A DNA stretch of 63,404 nucleotides, filler included, from Phoronis australis (taxonomy: Eukaryota; Animalia; Phoronida): the NCBI GenBank assembly GCA_002633005.1. It is 5 parts of 5 records of this genome, joined end to end, with 100 filler letters (N's around TTAATTAATTAA, not from the genome) between each part and the next. Parts side by side here need not be neighbours in the genome. Positions count along the whole stretch, not along the records: positions 46,923 to 63,404 come from NMRA01001508.1; 4 more parts are not named here. The stretch is one strand, 5' to 3'. Shown here piece after piece: positions 51,001 to 63,404 of the stretch. Under the pieces are notes generated by a model. The model searched no databases and was not told the DNA's origin. It saw only the letters and a list, made by a program, of their open reading frames with translations. The position numbers and the translations under genes were made by a program. The number at the start of each line of letters is the position of its first letter. The first letter of the stretch is position 1.

Positions 51001-51175
51001 GTTCCAGGCTCATTGTATCGGACTGCAGGTCCTGTATTCTTGTTAGCCTACCCCTAGGACCGCAAGAAGCAACGACTATCAAATTTGATTCAACTGACTT
51101 ATCATTTTTCGAAATGATTGGTGGAGGATTTTCTTACGGTCGCCGCAGACAGAGATCGAGTGCCACAGGGTCCCG

Positions 51176-51317
51176 CATGGGCGGCGCAGCACTGAAAAAA
51201 GTGGGGGGCTAAAGCCCCCTCAGCCTCCTGTGGTACATCGCCTATTGACCATGTGCCACCTAGCACTGAAAAAAGTGGGGTTATATCCCCCCAGCCCCCT
51301 ATGGTGCACCGCCCATG
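51176..51317. repeat. Small CATGGGCGG...CCGCCCATG MITE with an internal tandem duplication
   Basis: agcactgaaaaaagtgggg...cagcc.cct.tggt.ca.cgcc occurs twice; the outer ends are inverted. Confidence 0.65.
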
Positions 51318-52011
51318 TCCCGGTGTCCTCAGTTGTTGGGATTCATCTCAATCTCGGGACACCATGGAATTCTGTCCAGGTTGTTGTACCTCCGACGGTA
51401 CAAGGTGCGAATTAACACGACCACAAGTACACAGACCACTGGATGAGCAAGCAAAATTGGGTAACCACAAATTCAATCTTTTTTAGGTCTACATAGGGGT
51501 AAAGCTCGTAACGCTAGGACTTCGCTAAAAAGCAAGAATTCATGAAATTACGTGACATATTGTGTATTTTAATTGAAAACGTGATTTTGGCTAGATTTTT
51601 CTATTTCCAAAACAGCTACTGAACTCTACGCTAGTCTTCGTTCAGAGGCGCAAGGGTGAGAATCTCACGAGCACGGTAGATTGAAGACTTCGAGATGTAT
51701 GGTCAAGTATTGTAAGCGAAGCACACGATCACACTAGCTTCTTTAGCGAGATTCTTGCATCTGCGATGCTTATCAGAGACAGAGAATTTGTAAGGGTAGT
51801 GAAGCATGGTTACGTGGTTGTATATTAGTTTTTGATATGTGTAGTACTGGCACTTACACAACATAAGGCAGGGATACAATTTCTCTATAACAATGGGGCT
51901 ATTCGGAGAATTCTGCTCGCTGTGTCGCTGCTGTACTAGTGGTGATTGAATTGCGCATGCGTCGCTGTCTGCATGTAAACAGCTGGTAAAAAGACGGATT
52001 GTTATCAAAAC

Positions 52012-52883
52012 ACGTCGTCGCGCAAAGCCTTATTATTGCTATTTTCCCTGGTGCAAGTCTTCGACAGGTGGTCACAAATTACCAAAAGACCTAAGTTTAC
52101 TACATTCGTGGAGCATTGCGGTCAAAAGGGTCAACCAACTGAGAAAAAGTGTGTGGATGCCGAAGCCCCATTGGGAGAGTACATAACGTTACTTGGTAAG
52201 TTTTTAGCAATCAAGTTTCTATCGACATCGTTCGGTGATGTTATCCCCACCAGTTGCCCCACTGAATAACGGGTTTATTGAATGGAGCTAAGTGTTCCTT
52301 TTCGGAAACTCACCGAGGACTCGGATGCCAGGTAGGCTAGCAGCACATACTCACATATTGTCCTCCAAGGGTGGGAATGCGTCCAATATAAGAGGTGTGT
52401 GCTACGTGATGCTCAGAAGTCGGGGGTGCCTTTTTCACAACAGTTTCTCTTCAAAGCTATGCTATGTCCAATAAAATTCTCTAGACGAGTGAGTTTCTTT
52501 ATTTCATAGCGGTCCCCCATCCCTGGACTACCAGATTAGTTACCGAATTAACATGAATAAGCTATTCAGTAAACGTCATAACATTGCATTGGAATAAAAA
52601 TTGACACCAAGAATGAATTTTACTTGTTGAGGTCAGATGCTCATTTTAGGTGTCACTTTTAGCCTGTTTCACATAGGTTAATTCAGATCTTAAATAAGAC
52701 ATGGGTACAAAGATTTAGTTTCTAAACATGAAGATGAAACGTCAAATGTGTTCTGCCTTTAATAATTTGCTAATATTTCTCTGACTATTCTGTTACAGGT
52801 GAGAGAAAACGACTGAAACCAGCCGCCTGGCCATCTATTTTACCTTTGGACAAAGTGAAAAGTAATCCTTCAGCAATAACCTG
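52012..52883 (+). pseudogene. Decayed spliced THAP-domain gene (transposon relic)
   Basis: KPYYCYFPWCKSSTGGHKLPKDLSLLHSWSIAVKRVNQLRKSVWMPKPH, then a stop and a GTAAG donor near 52196. After ttacag| at 52799: ERKRLKPAAWPSILP (AVPTIF-like box). Confidence 0.65.
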
Positions 52884-55800
52884 AGAGAATTGAACCTAAT
52901 TCAGAAATTAAGCCATTGATATGCCTGCTTATGGACTCCATTGCGTGGGAAAATTACAGTTGTTTTTAACAATGTTGTTTCTTTATATACTTTTCTTGCA
53001 TGTGGAACTTTTGTTGTGGACAAGTTATCACAAAACTTAAAATTGTTCAAAGTCCTTCTTAAGAAAGCTCTAAAAATAATTACACACACAAACAAATCAA
53101 ATGCACACAAAGGGAATACTTCATTTTGATCTCTGCACATTTCTAGAAGTCAACAGGAAAACGACAATTCGCAAGAGTAATCGCTAATCATTTCAGCTTT
53201 ATAAAGAATAAGCACAACTGCACTGTATGGGTCTTTAAAACTGAGCAAATATTGTGGTTTCAATAATTAGTGACAAACTTGCCTGTTGATGAAAAATTTA
53301 TTTGATCATCAAAGTGTAACATTAACGGGCTTTCTACTGACCATAAGACAATCGATGAAGTCACTGAATGTCATTTCCTCATAATGTTTACCAAATTGAA
53401 AAGTTTTTACCATTAGTATAAAGCCTTTCTTCTGAAAGGAAATGTTAATGTCACTTAGTGAGAAAGGACAGGTATTTATACCTGATGCTTTTGATTTTCA
53501 TTTCACAGAGATCTAGTTTCAATAGCCTATGTAAAAAAGGTCCAGTTTCGGCACGTGGCTTTCCTCCAGGTAACCTCATTCAGCCTCAATTAGATTCTTG
53601 AAGGTAAACACAACAGCATATCACTTGACTCGTTTTGTGCCCAAAATCTGACCCTGAACTAGACCAGAGTGTCACTATGTCTTCTTTAGCTTCAATCCAG
53701 CATGTTTCTTCCAGGAAAGGAAATAAGCTATTGTCCACACATGACTTATTGCCTTTGAAAGGGTATCCTCACCAACCAGGCTGACTTGTGTAGCAGTAGA
53801 TATAGTTCATACACAAACAACACGTTGTCTTATGGTAACTTCGTACTGAGATTCACATTGCACCAGGGCCACTGACATGTACATTGCGCCATGCAGCACT
53901 AATGGTGTGTGGAAATGGTGTGGGAAGAGAAAGGAGAAACAAAGCTTGCTCGTTGTCTCCGATGAAGAAAGTAGGCTTTAACAACAGATCTACATGTACA
54001 CTGGATGGGAAGATCTTGCTGGTTAGCTGTAGTCAACTGCTTAAAACCAATTTTTGTCCATTCAGGGTCGATGCAGAAGCGATGCATATCTCGTCTGCAC
54101 GGTACAAGCCCTCAAACCTTAAAACCAAAAGGTCATGTGAAAACAGACATGTTAGAATTTCATTTCAACATGTAATAAATTTCCAGAAGACATAGGATAG
54201 GAAGTAAACAAATAGTCTAATGGATATTTACGTACCCTTTGCCATGGCATTGGGCTTGGATTGTAATCTCAAATACAAATCATTATAGACACCGAGGCAT
54301 GGTGTCCGCAGTGAAAAACGTGTCCATTGTGTATGTCTCTGATGGCTCAACCATAACTTACATGTGCATTCACACACACACGCACACACACGCTCTCTTA
54401 ATGACATGGAGATCTTGAAATCAAAATTTTTCATTCACAAGCAAAATTTCTAGTTTTGTATGTCGTATTACTCAAGTAAAATACAAATTTAGTTTGGAAG
54501 GGGTGTTAATTTAAGTGCAGGAGCCATTTCAAAGTTTGCCAATTGCCAATGAAAATAGGCAGTGGGCAGGAGTGGCACATAAACACTGGTGGTGCAGGGT
54601 GTGACTTGTGGTACATGTCAGATTTCAACCAGGCAGGGGGCAGGGTTCTTGAAGGAGGAGCATTTGAAGATTATATCTCTAACCCATAGACCAGTTAATC
54701 AAACTCGGCACAGGGGTAGGTGACAGCAATGTACTAACACCAGTTGTTGTTTGGGTGGACTTGACTATTGCAGCACCCACTAGTGATAATTTTGGTCTTG
54801 AGGAGTAAACTTTCAGTATTTTTGGGGATGAGCTTTTCCAGATATACTCAGATGTCCACTATCAAGTCTGATTGTTTTGTGTATTCAACTGGTCATTCCA
54901 ATTGCTTGATGGACAACCAGATGGTTTGGGGTTCGAGTCACGGTTGGGGCAGAAATCTTTTTAGACTGATATTCATTAGGTCACATTATATGGCCACAGG
55001 TGGCGCACTGATAACACTTAAAATTTTTGGAATAAAAGTTTATATTATGAGCCTAATAGTGGATGTAGCTCATGACATCAGGCTGGAAAGCTAGATTTTT
55101 TAATTGATATTTTTGCCAGTTTTTAAAGTGCTTTTACCTATTTCTAAATTCATTTAGCACATTGGCCAAACAGAATACTGCTCTGCACTTGAACATGGCC
55201 TGTGTCAGTTATTAGTGTTTGGTCAATGGTAGTTTGTGCAAAAGATGTGGGCTTTTTTATCTGGTTGTTTGTGTCACTTTCTATAGTTGTGTGGTAGATA
55301 ATACACTCCAATGAAACAGTAATTAAGATTGGGAAAAATTTCTATCCAATTTGTGTTGAGGGGTCTGAGAATTGTGCTAAAGATGAAGTCTAAATTGTTA
55401 CTTTCCTCTTTAAAGTGCATATGTCCCATGTTAGTTAAAATATTTTTATTCACAGTGACCGCTTCAGAGGTGTACCTGATCATGGTAGTCCAAATGGTGG
55501 TGATGGTCGTATGCCCCTGAGGAAAGGCAGGTCATTGAAAACTTTAATTATCGGACTATTCTTACGCTTGGCCCACAGCTTGGTTTTATAAAGCATAGCA
55601 GCAGATGAAGTGCATGACATCACGTGTATTTGCTCAATGATTTGCAACATAACATGCAATTGTGTGATGGGATTGTTATCCAAGGTTAACTTTTATGCAA
55701 TGGTGTTACGATTATGTTGTATGGATTGATAGTCTGAATACTGAACTGTAGAAATATTACTCTTTGTCCATTGTACGTCAGTTGCACTGGCCAAAATTTT

Positions 55801-56028
55801 TGAACTAAACCAGTCCAAAGCTACAAAATGGTATATTTTGAATAACAAATTGTCAAATGAGGTTGTACTTGTAGTGTGTGCACAGACTATGATGCAAGTT
55901 ATTAACTGAAATAGAATCCTATCACAGTAAGGAGTATTATGAAAGGAAAGGGCCAAATTCAATTGTCACTTTAGCCAACTGATTCCTGTACAAAGAATGA
56001 CCAGTGCAATTGTCAGGTTTGTTTACTA

Positions 56029-57478
56029 CCGTAATCGTTCGGGTTAACGCCCTGGGCGGTTAAATTGGCGAATCCAAAAAATCGGGGGAGGGCGGTTAAC
56101 CGAGCAGTGGCCGGTTAAATCGAAAATTCACCTAAAGTAGGGGATGGGCGGTTAAGCGAACATGGGCGCTTATTACGACAGACAACCGCCCTGGGCGGTT
56201 AATCTTACCTGGCGATCCCGACACGACAATCATACTCGGAACGCGTAGCCCTTTTCAAAGAGCTTTATTGTCACATCGCTAAATGACTGTGAAAACACCA
56301 TAACAACGGATGATCCAGACAAAGGTTCTCTTGCCCTCAGATTAGTCATTTACTATTAAATTTACAAAATTGCTGAGTAATAGCCCCGTGCCGTCCTGCG
56401 GTGCGCAGACGACCAGTGACCTCGCAGCCTCCACTAGAATTAAAACTGTTTCAAGATGTGACCTTGCTTAAGTGCGCGCGTGCAAGCTTCACGTGTTGCA
56501 GAGGTCAGACATCAAATTTATGGTTACAGTCTCGTACTATATGTAGCTGTCAAGTTCTGAGTCAGAGAGCAGTTTTAAAATTGGTTGTAATAAAAGTTTG
56601 AAAAACNNNNNNNNNNNNNNNNNNNNNNNNNNNNNNNNNNNNNNNNNNNNNNNNNNNNNNNNNNNNNNNNNNNNNNNNNNNNNNNNNNNNNNNNNNNNNN
56701 NNNNNNNNNNNNNNNNNNNNNNNNNNNNNNNNNNNNNNNNNNNNNNNNNNNNNNNNNNNNNNNNNNNNNNNNNNNNNNNNNNNNNNNNNNNNNNNNNNNN
56801 NNNNNNNNNNNNNNNNNNNNNNNNNNNNNNNNNNNNNNNNNNNNNNNNNNNNNNNNNNNNNNNNNNNNNNNNNNNNNNNNNNNNNNNNNNNNNNNGAGTT
56901 GTGAGATTTGTTCAAAATACGAGAGCTTCCCACCTTAATAGAATTTGGAGGGTTGGCAAAACCATTGTCACATTTCTCTGGCCTGATTTTTTCGAATATA
57001 TGTTTTATCTAGTGCACTGCAGACGGAAACTCAGCGCGGCAGACAAAGTCGCTGAAAGCGGAGGTTTTGACTCCGGCGGCGTTCTTAAACTTTGCAAAGA
57101 AGGGCAGAAAATAAAGTGACAAAAAGGTTCAAGTATTATATTTTGAAGTGAGTTCATGACCCAAGACAATAACTCGTTACCTGTATTGTAATTCAGATTG
57201 CTAAACCACCGTCTCGGAGTCCGGGCGTCGTTGCACTCATTGTGATCGTCGATCTTTTTCTAAAAGTCGGGGAATGTCGCGTGTCCTTAGCACTAGGCGC
57301 TACATCTTCATTCTTTAAAAGTCGGGATGGGCGCTTAAGCGAGAGGTGGGCGCTTAACTGGAAATCTTCAAAAATCGCAGGGGGGCGCTTAACCGAGCAG
57401 TGGGCGGTTAAATCGAAAATCCACTTAGTCGGGGATGGGCGGTTAACTGAGCATGGGCGTTAACCCAAACGATTACGG
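56029..57478. mobile_element. Non-autonomous Tc1/mariner-type element with TA TSD and GGGCGGTTAA subterminal repeats
   Basis: TA|ccgtaatcgttcgggttaacgccc ... gggcgttaacccaaacgattacgg|TA. A block of about 80 bp is repeated near both ends. Contains an N gap. Confidence 0.88.
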
Positions 57479-59112
57479 TAATTTTATGGAGAAATCGCTG
57501 GTTATCCGGAGCCGTACTTGAACCGGCTTACTTGATGATTCCATTATGAACTAAAAGGATAAAAGGAAACTGAAAGCAATGAAATTAGTCTTGATTTTAT
57601 CTCTACAACACTGGATCAAAATTAAGTCACGCAGACAATTGTAAATTTGCAGTGCAGACACTCGTGGCTCGTCCGTTGAAGTCTCGTGGTCATAAGCTTT
57701 AAAGAGCCATAGAATGCTAAAACATATTTTTAGTTTAAACAATTTCTGAAAAAGAATCGTATTGCAACGCTTGCTGCAGTAAGTTATTCACTTTCCCCTG
57801 TGAAGGAATTTCCAGAAAAAAATTACGAAAGTCATGATTTTTGAATTACATGCTAAGGAAAAACTTTTAGGTACCACAGAGTTTGTAATCTCCTTTACAC
57901 TTATGATAAATGCACGAATGACCTCACAGTCACATTTGGAATAAAGTTCTTAGTACACAGTCTATGAGTTACATACTGCCTAGTTAACGTTTTCTGTCTT
58001 CATGCTTAGACCTTTCTCAAACTATTGACATGAGAGGCTGGGACATGTCTCCATGAATTGGAACTGGATAATACGTTTTATCTAACATATACAACCCAGT
58101 GATGCACTTTAAGCAGACTAATGTTCCGAGATGTCCGTCAGATGTCCCCACGCAGGATGACGTCACACGTTTCAGCCTCTCGCGTTAATTAGTCTAAGAA
58201 AGGCCTTGGAGTGAAGGCCGAAAATGTTAACATGGTGCGTAAATCGTTGAGTGTGTAATAAGAACTTTATTCCAATTACGATATATCCAGTCAAATGAAC
58301 CTGTTTCAGCAATTGAGACCTCAAAATTATTGGACAGACAGCTGACTGACAAGATAGATATGAGGCCACTTACACAGTATGTGGCAAGCCAGTCAAGCAA
58401 GCAATTTCCCAAAAAGAATTCGTAGTGCTTGTTTGAATATATTTGGATACCACTACGATAACTGGTTCATAACTAATTCTAAACAGTTAGGATTTGCATC
58501 TAAATCTGATTGGCTGCTTATTAGTCACCATTATATTGTTTACATCAAAAGTCAAAGATTTTATATTCCATGTAAGGCAAGTGTTTTTCGTCAGACTCCA
58601 TGTCTTTGGAGAATAATCGACGAAGTGACGAGAATTTCACACTTCTTTTTTTGAATATTGAAACTAAAAGCAAATTGCTTTGACATAAACAAAAAAAATT
58701 ACGACTCAACCGTAAAAATGCCTTGTGAACAGGTTGAACTCTGTTTCAGTGGCAGGGATCCTTTTTGAATAATGCAATATATTCTGTTTTCCTTGTTCAG
58801 GCCTCTTTAATAATAGAATACATAGGACACGTGCAGGTGTTGACAGTCCATGCCTAAAATTCTATTAGAAGAACTTCCAATCCATTAAAAATTGAGATCA
58901 TTTTTGGCGCATAAACTGACCAGCCTGGTTAAACCAACTTTTTGAGTCTGGCCTCAAGCCATAAGCAAATACTTCTTGTCCAAGTTAACTTGTTGAGGTC
59001 TGTTCTGATTGATTTGGTCATTTTTGTATCCTGTTGTCTTAACTATTATCCACTAATTAGATATATGTCTTTAAGGTTATCTCCAACCTTATTCACAAAA
59101 AATGGTCATTTT

Positions 59113-60190
59113 TATGCGCCCACATATTTATATGTGGACGCATTATGCTGTCATCTCTGTCCGTCCGTCCGTCCGGGCGGCGTCCGGCGTCCGCTGCTCT
59201 ATCTCCAAAACCCTTTGACATACGTTCATGAAATTTGGCACATATGTTCCATTCATGAATGGGACGGCATGTGCGAACTTTTGGACGGATCCGACTACCG
59301 GTGTGCCCCCTAGTGGCAATTTTAGTTTTTTACGCTTACCTTTGTATCTTCAAAAGTATTGAACGGATTTTCATGAAATTTGGTATGTAGGCACCTATTA
59401 GTGAGATGACGCTATCCTACTGTTTTCAGATGGATTCGACGTAGTTTGCGCCACCTAGTGGCCATTTTTACTGTTTTCGAGTCTGTATTTTTGCGTCCAC
59501 CCCTCTATCAACCAAACCGCTCAAAGGATGATTGTGAAAATTGGCGTGTATGTGCTTACTATAAGGAAGACAGCTGACAATGATTTTCAGACGATTTGGA
59601 CTACTGTGGCGCCTCCTAGTGGCAGTTTTTTTTTTTTGCGCCCATGGCTGTATCTCCCAAACCGTTTGCAGGATCTTTACTAAATTTAGCAAGTGTATTT
59701 ATGTGATGTTGACAACGGACGATGACGACTTTAGGATGATTCTGATTACCGGTATGCCTCTAGTGGCAATTTTAGTATTTGCCTCTAGTGGCAATTTTAG
59801 TATTTTACATTGACCTCTGTATTTTCATAGGTCTTCAGGTGTATACTTTGTGTTACTTCGTGACTATGAAGGAAAAGTTCCAAGTAGAAATTTGTTTCTG
59901 GCATTCTAATGCTGTGCTAATCTCGTATGTTGGTAAATTTGTTTTTAATTCTATGTTTCTGTGGTGCTTTAAGCAACTGGTGTATAGGATGTGCTTGTAT
60001 TATGAAGATTACTCACATTTTGCCCCTAGCCTATTGAGGAGACAATGACCATGCCTTTCCATTTTGCAAAGTACAACATACTACATATATGCCCTCTACT
60101 GGCCACTTTATGGTACCAATAAACAACCCTAGAAGGATACCGTATGCGGTGCAATTGTGGGCGCATTTCAACGCTCTGCGTTGCTCTTGT
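59113..60190 (+). mobile_element. Helentron-associated non-autonomous element (HINE/DINE-1-like)
   Basis: T-run, 5' subTIR atgcgcccaca with adjacent inverted repeat, (GTCC)n microsatellite, internal tandem units, 3' subTIR tgtgggcgcat (60156-60166), hairpin caacgc-tct-gcgttg, then a T-run. Confidence 0.8.
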
Positions 60191-61480
60191 TTCAATATTT
60201 CACATGTCTAGCAAAATGCCTTATTTTCATTCTCTGCGAACTTCAAATAAAAAATATATACTGTGTAGCGAGAAAAAAAAAGATTTACGTAGTAGAACCA
60301 ATGGAACCGCACAACCTTGTGGATATTTGTTTACTACTTATCCGAGGTCAAAGGTTAAAGGCTGTCAATCAAGTCGAACCTCCCGCCAGGTACATAACAG
60401 CTTCGCATACCCTCAGTCCATTCATTCACAAAATCACCATAACATTGAGTCAACGAGGTGTACTAATGGTAGAATGGTGCCTGGGAAAACAAAGACAAAA
60501 CGTAGTTTTGATCCTAAGGAGTTGTGTGTCTACATGTTTACGACCGTTGGCGTTGAGATAAATCCTCACCCTAATTCCTTCATTCGATTAATAAATTGAC
60601 ATTTCCATGTTTTGATCTCGTGCTAACGACATGCTTTAACCACCAATTCGATTTTTGTCATCCATTTCTTACTTAGTTTCGTATCAGTCTCCCAGCACGT
60701 GAGGTCTACTGGCTATGAGTATAACAATGAACTGTGACCAAATAGGTCGCAAACAACTGTAAGAGTTAGCTGGGAATGGTGCATTTTAATGATAATCAAG
60801 TTAATTAGGTATTGCAAAATCAGTTGACATTGCGAGTGAATGGTGAATGTTGAAATAGCGAAACATATTTAAGGCTTGTATAGGTTATGTGTACCGAAAA
60901 CAAGTTTTCAACGAATAATTACCGGAAGACTTTGAGATTTTCACTCGTTCCAGTTTAATCGGTTTTTTCACGGCTTCGGCAAATCGACTTTATATGAACT
61001 TAGGAACACGAGTTCTCAAAAACAGTTTGGTGGATTTCGCTGAAACTTTACAAATTTAATATTTAGTCATCAGTCTCAAAAACACTGTTAGAATTTTCGG
61101 TATAAAGGCCGATTTTTTGGGTAATGTAACAGAGACGAATATGACTTCTGTTCTTTACAAAGATACCTTTGGTTTTGTGAGTTGATTTGTCATAGAAACC
61201 AAATGAAAAGACTAATCAAAAATTTCTAACAGCGTTTTTGAGGTAACTGGTGAAGTTTTCATTTGAAAAAGTTTCATTAAAATTGACCGAAGGGTTATTT
61301 TGCTATGAATGTACCTTTCTTAAAAGTGAAATTTTTACTTAAAAAAGGTTTTTACATAAAAATGATGATGATACATTAATACAAAAAGTATTTTCATGTT
61401 TTGCGAATTCTGGCCGTTTTCCGTTATTAGATGAAAACACTCACTTTAATCTTCTTACTTTCACCTGTAAACCTTTGCAG

Positions 61481-61560
61481 AGAAAAAGAAGAAGTGGGCC
61501 ATGAGATGGGTATTCCTAAAAAGAGAAATACAGAAGACTTTCAAAATATTAGATCCATGG
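61481..61560 (+). CDS. Possible internal exon of an unknown + strand gene
   Basis: Acceptor ctttgcag| and donor G|GTATGT; EKEEVGHEMGIPKKRNTEDFQNIRSM; phase-compatible with 48021-48084. Confidence 0.4.
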
Positions 61561-63404
61561 GTATGTAGGTCAATCACTTTTGATGACATTTGAAAATTCT
61601 ATTTGCTTGCAATTTGAGAAACTTTCATCTAATCATAGTTGTTTTTCTACTTCCCTTTATTAAGTCATCTTCTTGAATATGCATTCATTTCCATGGTAGA
61701 TTCTGCTTAGTAAGTTAGATTTGAAATACCTTTTGTTTGTTACTCGGTGAAATGAAATTTCCCCTTGTGTGTTGCTGTATCATAATTTTCTTGTTTTGTT
61801 ACTTTTGTAAAAGGCGTGGCGCCTATTGTTTTTGATTAAAAATCGGACACTAGATCGTATTGTGGTGGCCATTTTTTTCTTTTTTGAGGTTTTGGAGCCA
61901 TGTCAAGAACTATGTCCTATGTGCAAAAATTGTGGATGCATACGAAAACCAAGCCTCCAGTGCGCAAGTACGCAGGACCAGACAAAAGTATGCAAATTTG
62001 GCTAATTCAAAAGAGATTATTAATCCGTTTGTTTCTCACTAAATACACTGATTTGTAGTCGAAATGGAAAAGCAAAAAGATTTTAAAGTTAGAGATTAAA
62101 AGATATTGTAAAAGCTTTATTTTATCCAAAAAGTTGAGCTACGAACTCGGAAAACTCGCTTCGTTTCGTTCTCGAAATAGCCTGATAATCGGCGAATCGC
62201 GAGGCCTCTTCTATCTGTATGTTTGTCACAGGCCTAACCTATAAGCAATGACTTCTGTGATTTGTGGATTGCTTACTTCGTCCAATTCCGGCTATTTCCG
62301 GCTAAATATGTACTGTTGTCAACGAGGCAAAGCATGAGTGGCGGCATATTCTGAGCTGTGAGGAAAGTAGCTTCTGAAAGAAGGGAACATCTGTTTTTGC
62401 CATGTTATGCCAAAGGATGACAGTGTCTTATGGAAGGGACTGTCAGTTTTGTACTGCTAGTTATGTGGCGTGTTGTTTTCTTGTGCACATGGTGACTGCA
62501 CAGACTTTGTGGCACGTTTAGCTGATGACACTCGAGGTTGTTCACAGGCAGTATAGTGGTACGTGTTCACGGACACTTGCAATGAATAATTATTCCAAAC
62601 TCTTGAGAATGGTTAAGAAAATGTCATCTGGTACAAAACATTGTCCAGTGCAGATTCATGAACACCTTTTTGCAGATATGTTTTTGGGTTAAGAAATGAG
62701 CACAACTTTTTAAGCAAGGAACTGTTTGTTGTGAATCCAACTTATCATGATTCATGGTGTATATTACCATTGCATCACCTGTTAAGATAACTATTTAAGT
62801 TCAGTAAGGAACCTGTCTATTGATTAACTGGATCTTTTCATTAATGATTCTGATAATTGGTGATCAATTCACTTTGTGTATTTTAAAACTTATTTCAGAG
62901 GCAAGTTAACAAGGAAAAGTACCAGCGGAATAGACTATCATGCTGTTCGAATTTTCGATATTTGGTCTTTATGTAAAAATCGGCAATTTTTCTGAAAAAT
63001 CTGCAAATGTGGTGTCCAAAGTACTCAAATGCAGTTTGGGAATACACAGGTCTACCATATAGCTTTGCTGTTTCTGGTGGAATTTTTCTGATTTTTTCGC
63101 TGTGATCTTTTTCATTCATGTTTGTTATGAACTCCTCTTTTGATTGATGATATTTTCTTGTAGTGTAACTAAAAACTGATCCTCAAATTCAATGAAATTA
63201 AATAGGGACTTAGTCCCAAATTTAGGAGCATTGCATGAAAAGATCCCTATACATTTTCAATAATATTGAGAATTCAACGTCGAGTTCACTCTCTCTTTGT
63301 AACAATACCAAAAGTTGACTTAGTAATGAAACTAAAACAGCATAAGAAAGGACATCAGGTGTTTTCACAAATCCACAAATATAGGTAGATTTAGGGAACT
63401 AAGT

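Noticed and set aside
60144-60599. Overlapping 151-aa and 134-aa ORFs
   Set aside because: They start inside the HINE 3' end; no recognisable domain or splice context.

Overview
AT-rich animal (probably marine invertebrate) nuclear DNA with spliceosomal introns. It is not prokaryotic, and no CRISPR array or rRNA is visible. Four 100-nt N/TTAATTAATTAA/N spacers (22247-22346, 32779-32878, 38817-38916, 46823-46922) join separate contigs, so adjacency across them is unproven. Genes reconstructed by hand: (1) a complete 3-exon, 261-aa secreted protein with signal peptide + PAN/apple + jacalin(ZG16)-like lectin domains (6604-15071, +); (2) the last two exons of NDUFV2 (40063-41043, +); (3) the last three exons of an unknown convergent gene (44440-46460, -); (4) the first exon of a PARP14/PARP10/NMI-type RRM protein (38307-38514, +) behind a STAT/CRE/NF-kB/CCAAT motif cluster; (5) two near-identical partial copies of a GDS...DxxH SGNH/PC-esterase-like gene; (6) an alpha-1,3-fucosyltransferase (GT10) pseudogene; (7) a probable terminal exon at 877-1103. 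Most of the rest is mobile DNA: Penelope-like elements (GIY-YIG end, pseudo-LTR fragments), LINE fragments, a THAP-encoding Kolobok-like end, a decayed THAP + SWIM relic, a Helentron-type HINE with CTCF-like motifs, and many MITEs. All family assignments come from motif recognition by eye; no searches were run.
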